64,000 nt of DNA from Candidatus Aenigmatarchaeota archaeon. GTDB taxonomy: Archaea > Aenigmatarchaeota > Aenigmatarchaeia > QMZP01 > QMZT01. The notes beneath the pieces were generated by a model. That model was not told the DNA's origin. It did no database searches and saw only the letters and a list, made by a program, of their open reading frames with translations. Positions 60,730-64,000 of the stretch are shown in pieces. The stretch spans positions 64,001-128,000 of the forward strand of contig JAPLVC010000004.1 of NCBI GenBank assembly GCA_026397315.1. The letters run 5' to 3'. Numbering within the stretch: the stretch's first letter is position 1; every line of letters begins with the position of its first letter. The position numbers and the translations under genes are program-made.

Positions 60730-61353
60730 TTATTTGGCTTTGAGCCTTGACGCGTTCCTAGCAGAATCCACGGCTATCTTTATTCTCTGCAGCGCGGTCA
60801 CGTTAGTAAGAATCGCCAGCGCGACGATTATGTAAGTCAGGTAGGAAAGCCTGAAATGGGCGAGCAGTATGCCTGCGAAAAGGATTATGAGGCGCTCGCC
60901 GCGCTCCAGCAGGCCGCCTGTGATTTCCTTGTCCGTAAGCTCCTTCTCCTTGGCCGCGGCTTTCGCGTATGTCGTCATCATCGAACCGAGCAGGAACAGG
61001 AATATCCACACGGTGATGGGAAGATAGAAGTCCGGCAGCCCCACGAATAGCAGGCCCACCAGTATTATTGCTTCGACGTATCTGTCCATTATGGTGTCCA
61101 GATATGCGCCCAGTTTGGTGGTCTTGCCCATCACTCTCGCGACGGATCCGTCGATCAGGTCTATGAACGCGGCGACGACCAGGAAGCCGGCTGCAACAAG
61201 AAACTGCTTGTCGAGGATGAAATAAAGTGAAGCCAATGTTGGCAACACAACAAGAAGTGTCCAATGGTTGGGAGAAAGGCCGAATTTGGAGAAAACCATG
61301 CCTATCTTTATTGACAAATCCGAAAACATCTCGCGCTTCCTGTAAAGGACCAT
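60730..61353 (-). CDS. CDP-alcohol phosphatidyltransferase (probable archaetidylinositol phosphate synthase)
   Basis: SPNHWT, DLIDGSVAR....T.LGAYLDTIMDR; adjacent to ino1. Confidence 0.88.
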   Translation of the reverse strand: MVLYRKREMFSDLSIKIGMVFSKFGLSPNHWTLLVVLPTLASLYFILDKQFLVAAGFLVVAAFIDLIDGSVARVMGKTTKLGAYLDTIMDRYVEAIILVGLLFVGLPDFYLPITVWIFLFLLGSMMTTYAKAAAKEKELTDKEITGGLLERGERLIILFAGILLAHFRLSYLTYIIVALAILTNVTALQRIKIAVDSARNASRLKAK

Positions 61354-61401
61354 TTTACCAACCTGTTATAATCTTATATGAGGTTATTTTTATGCTTCCG
61401 C

Positions 61402-62505
61402 TCATCTTTCCCTTTCGCCCTTGATGAATTCCTCGACCATCTGTTTCGCGACGGAATCCGGGTATTGCTGCGGCGGATGCTTCATGAAATACGATGATGG
61501 TGATATCAGCGCGCCGCCCACTCCGTGGTCTTTCGCCAGCTTTATGCACCTTATCGCATCGATGACGATTCCGGCCGAATTGGGCGAATCCTCGACTGAA
61601 AGGCGAAGCTCCAGTTCGATGGGAACATCGCCGAACTTCCTGCCTTCCATGCGGATGAAGCAGACCTTGTTGTCGTTTTGCCAGGGCACGTAGTCGCTCG
61701 GGCCGATGTGTATGTTCTCGTCCTTCATCCTAACGGGCAGCTGTGACTGGACGGCTTCCGTCTTCGAAATCTTCTTCGACTTGAGCCTTGAGCGCTCGAG
61801 CATGTTGAGAAAATCCGTATTGCCTCCGGTGTTGAGCTGGTACGTGCGCTCAAGTTTTACGCCGCGGTCTGAGAAAAGTTTTGCCAGTACCCTATGAGTG
61901 ATGGTGGCGCCGACCTGCGATTTTATGTCGTCGCCTATTATCGGCAGGCGGGCGTTTTCGAACTTCCTGGCCCATTCGTTGTTGGAAGCGATGAATACGG
62001 GCATGCAGTTGACTAAGCCGCAGCCGGCTTTGATAGCCGCTTCCGCGTAGTATTTCGTCGCCTCTTCAGAACCGACGGGCATGTAATTGACCAGAACGTC
62101 CGCTTTCGTTTCTTTCAGGACCTTGGCCACGTCGACGGGCGGTTCGTCGGAGACCAAGAAAGTCCTGTCCTCCGGGTAGTCTTTCATGTGATTCGCCACG
62201 CCGTCGAGCGTCGGGCCGCGCATGACTGTCACGCCGATTTTGGGGACGTCCTTGCAGAAAGTCTTGGTGCAGTTGGGCTTCGCGAATATCGCTTCTCCAA
62301 GGTCCTTCCCGACCTTGCGCTTGTCGATGTCGAACGCCGCGACTGGCCTTATGCTGGATATGTTGTAGCCGCCGAGAATGTTGTGCATGAGCCCCGGCAC
62401 GAGCTCGTCGTTGGTGCTGACGTTCTTGTAATAGAACAGTCCCTGAACCAGCGACGACGCGCAGTTGCCCACGCCCGCGATTGCAAGCCTTAATTCCTTC
62501 ACCAT
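61402..62505 (-). CDS. ino1: myo-inositol-1-phosphate synthase
   Basis: [47 protein letters not shown]. Confidence 0.96.
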   Translation of the reverse strand: MVKELRLAIAGVGNCASSLVQGLFYYKNVSTNDELVPGLMHNILGGYNISSIRPVAAFDIDKRKVGKDLGEAIFAKPNCTKTFCKDVPKIGVTVMRGPTLDGVANHMKDYPEDRTFLVSDEPPVDVAKVLKETKADVLVNYMPVGSEEATKYYAEAAIKAGCGLVNCMPVFIASNNEWARKFENARLPIIGDDIKSQVGATITHRVLAKLFSDRGVKLERTYQLNTGGNTDFLNMLERSRLKSKKISKTEAVQSQLPVRMKDENIHIGPSDYVPWQNDNKVCFIRMEGRKFGDVPIELELRLSVEDSPNSAGIVIDAIRCIKLAKDHGVGGALISPSSYFMKHPPQQYPDSVAKQMVEEFIKGERER

Positions 62506-62613
62506 AAAACCACCACCTGCATGTTATTTTCAAAGAACATCATTATTTTACAGTTATAAAATAATTGCAACCGCATATATAAATGTTTTATACCAGTAAA
62601 ACAACGTGTTAAC

Positions 62614-62913
62614 ATGCCGTTCGTCAAGCTGGAAAGGAACAACACTTACGACTGCCTGTGGCCATACATACTGAGAATCCTTAGGGAAAAGCCCATGCAC
62701 GCTTACGTTCTGCGCGCAGAAGTGGAAGCCAAATTCGGCTTCAGGCCGGGCAACGTGACCGCTTACCGCGTGCTCTACTCGCTTAAAAAAAGAGGATACG
62801 TGGAAAAGACGAAAGACGGCATGAAGCAGGTCTACAACATAACGCCGAAGGGCAAGAAGCTGCTGAAAGATGCCGCGAGATTCTACCGCGACCGGGCCAG
62901 GATGCTGCGATAA
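62614..62913 (+). CDS. PadR-family transcriptional regulator
   Basis: IL.IL...PMHAY.L, Y..L..L...GYV, Y.IT.KGK. Confidence 0.88.
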   Translation: MPFVKLERNNTYDCLWPYILRILREKPMHAYVLRAEVEAKFGFRPGNVTAYRVLYSLKKRGYVEKTKDGMKQVYNITPKGKKLLKDAARFYRDRARMLR

Positions 62914-62967
62914 TATTTAAATTACTCACAACAACTAAAATGTTATAGGGTGTTATAGGGTGTCTTC

Positions 62968-63849
62968 ATGGAAAAGGGAACTTTGCGTTTGAAAGTGGGT
63001 TTGGCTGAAATGCTCAAGGGCGGCGTCATCATGGACGTCGTGAGCGTCGAACAGGCGAGAATCGCCGAGAAGGCGGGCGCAGTCGCCGTCATGGTTCTGG
63101 AGCGCGTGCCCGCGGACATACGCAAGGCAGGCGGCGTTGCGCGCATGGCAGACCCTAAGCTCATAAAGGACGTAACGAAAGCAGTGTCGATACCCGTCAT
63201 GGCGAAGTGCCGCATAGGCCATTTCGCGGAGGCGCAAGTTCTGGAGACGCTGGGAGTCGACTACATTGACGAAAGCGAAGTGCTCACCCCAGCCGATGCT
63301 GAAGCTCATATCGACAAGTTCAAGTTCAAGACGCCGTTCGTCTGCGGCGCGCGCAACCTCGGCGAGGCGCTGCGCAGGATAGCAGAAGGAGCCGCTCTTA
63401 TCCGCACGAAAGGCGAACCGGGAACAGGCAATATCATCGAAGCGGTTCGCCACATGAAACTCATAAATGCCGAGATAAAGAGACTTGCCAGTCTGAACCA
63501 TGCCCACCTGCGTGACGAGGCGGCCGCAATGCGCGTGCCTTTCGACCTTGTCAGGATGGTCGCGGAAAAGAAGAAGCTGGTCGTGCCCAATTTCGCCGCC
63601 GGCGGAATCGCTACGCCATCCGATGCGTCGTTAATGATGCAGCTTGGGGCGGAATCGGTGTTTGTCGGCTCCGGCATATTCAAGTCTTCCGACCCCATGA
63701 GGCGGGCGAAGGCGATAGTGGATGCAGTGACTTATTTCGACAAGCCCCACGTCGTAGCGAAGGTTTCGATGGGCCTTGGCGAAGCGATGGAAGGCATCGA
63801 GATGTCCACGATGAAGAAAAGCGACTTCATGCAGGACAGAAGCCAGTAG
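62968..63849 (+). CDS. pdxS: Pyridoxal 5'-phosphate synthase lyase subunit
   Basis: [37 protein letters not shown]. Confidence 0.97.
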   Translation: MEKGTLRLKVGLAEMLKGGVIMDVVSVEQARIAEKAGAVAVMVLERVPADIRKAGGVARMADPKLIKDVTKAVSIPVMAKCRIGHFAEAQVLETLGVDYIDESEVLTPADAEAHIDKFKFKTPFVCGARNLGEALRRIAEGAALIRTKGEPGTGNIIEAVRHMKLINAEIKRLASLNHAHLRDEAAAMRVPFDLVRMVAEKKKLVVPNFAAGGIATPSDASLMMQLGAESVFVGSGIFKSSDPMRRAKAIVDAVTYFDKPHVVAKVSMGLGEAMEGIEMSTMKKSDFMQDRSQ

Positions 63850-63866
63850 TCGCTAGAGGACGATTT

Positions 63867-64000
63867 ATGATTATAGGAATACTTGGACTCCAGGGTGATT
63901 TCGATGCCCATAAGAAGATGGTGGAGCATCTCGGAGCCAAAACTCTTCTCGTCAAAACCAGCGAGGATCTCGACGCGGCGGACGGGCTTATCATTCCCGG
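63867..64000 (+). CDS. pdxT: PLP synthase glutaminase subunit (partial, runs off window)
   Basis: MIIGILGLQGDFDAH...DGLIIP directly after pdxS. Confidence 0.92.
   Translation, partial: MIIGILGLQGDFDAHKKMVEHLGAKTLLVKTSEDLDAADGLIIP

Noticed and set aside
62941-62963. 10-bp tandem duplication tgttataggg before pdxS
   Set aside because: Two copies only; most simply a slippage duplication of the RBS region

Overview
Archaeal chromosomal window: TBP, archaeal LeuRS, a BHB-intron tRNA-Arg, an archaeal class III pilin and a tetraether synthase are all present. The gene mix (bacterial-type GlyA, type II PanK, double-domain ThyX, giant Cys-rich surface proteins, many orphans) suggests a DPANN-like lineage, which is inference only. 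Most of the window is housekeeping: tRNA modification, CoA/NAD, Mg transport, FtsZ, thymidylate, redox, lipid headgroup and PLP genes. Three regions stand out. (1) A ~14 kb surface-protein locus (26.4-40.2 kb). Two unanchored paralogs carry the N-terminal half of a beta-sandwich plus different variable domains and knottin-like tails. A membrane-anchored repeat protein between them begins with what looks like the missing C-terminal half. This is a candidate split-domain, swappable-tip surface system. (2) A free-standing HTH-LAGLIDADG endonuclease that arrived with an AT-rich replacement 3' end for tes and left the old C-terminus stranded downstream. (3) A two-gene AT-rich cassette bounded by two direct-repeat IS200/IS605-like hairpins, each crossed by a 21-aa mini-ORF. 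No CRISPR array, rRNA, transposase or reverse transcriptase was seen. All calls come from motif reading without database searches.
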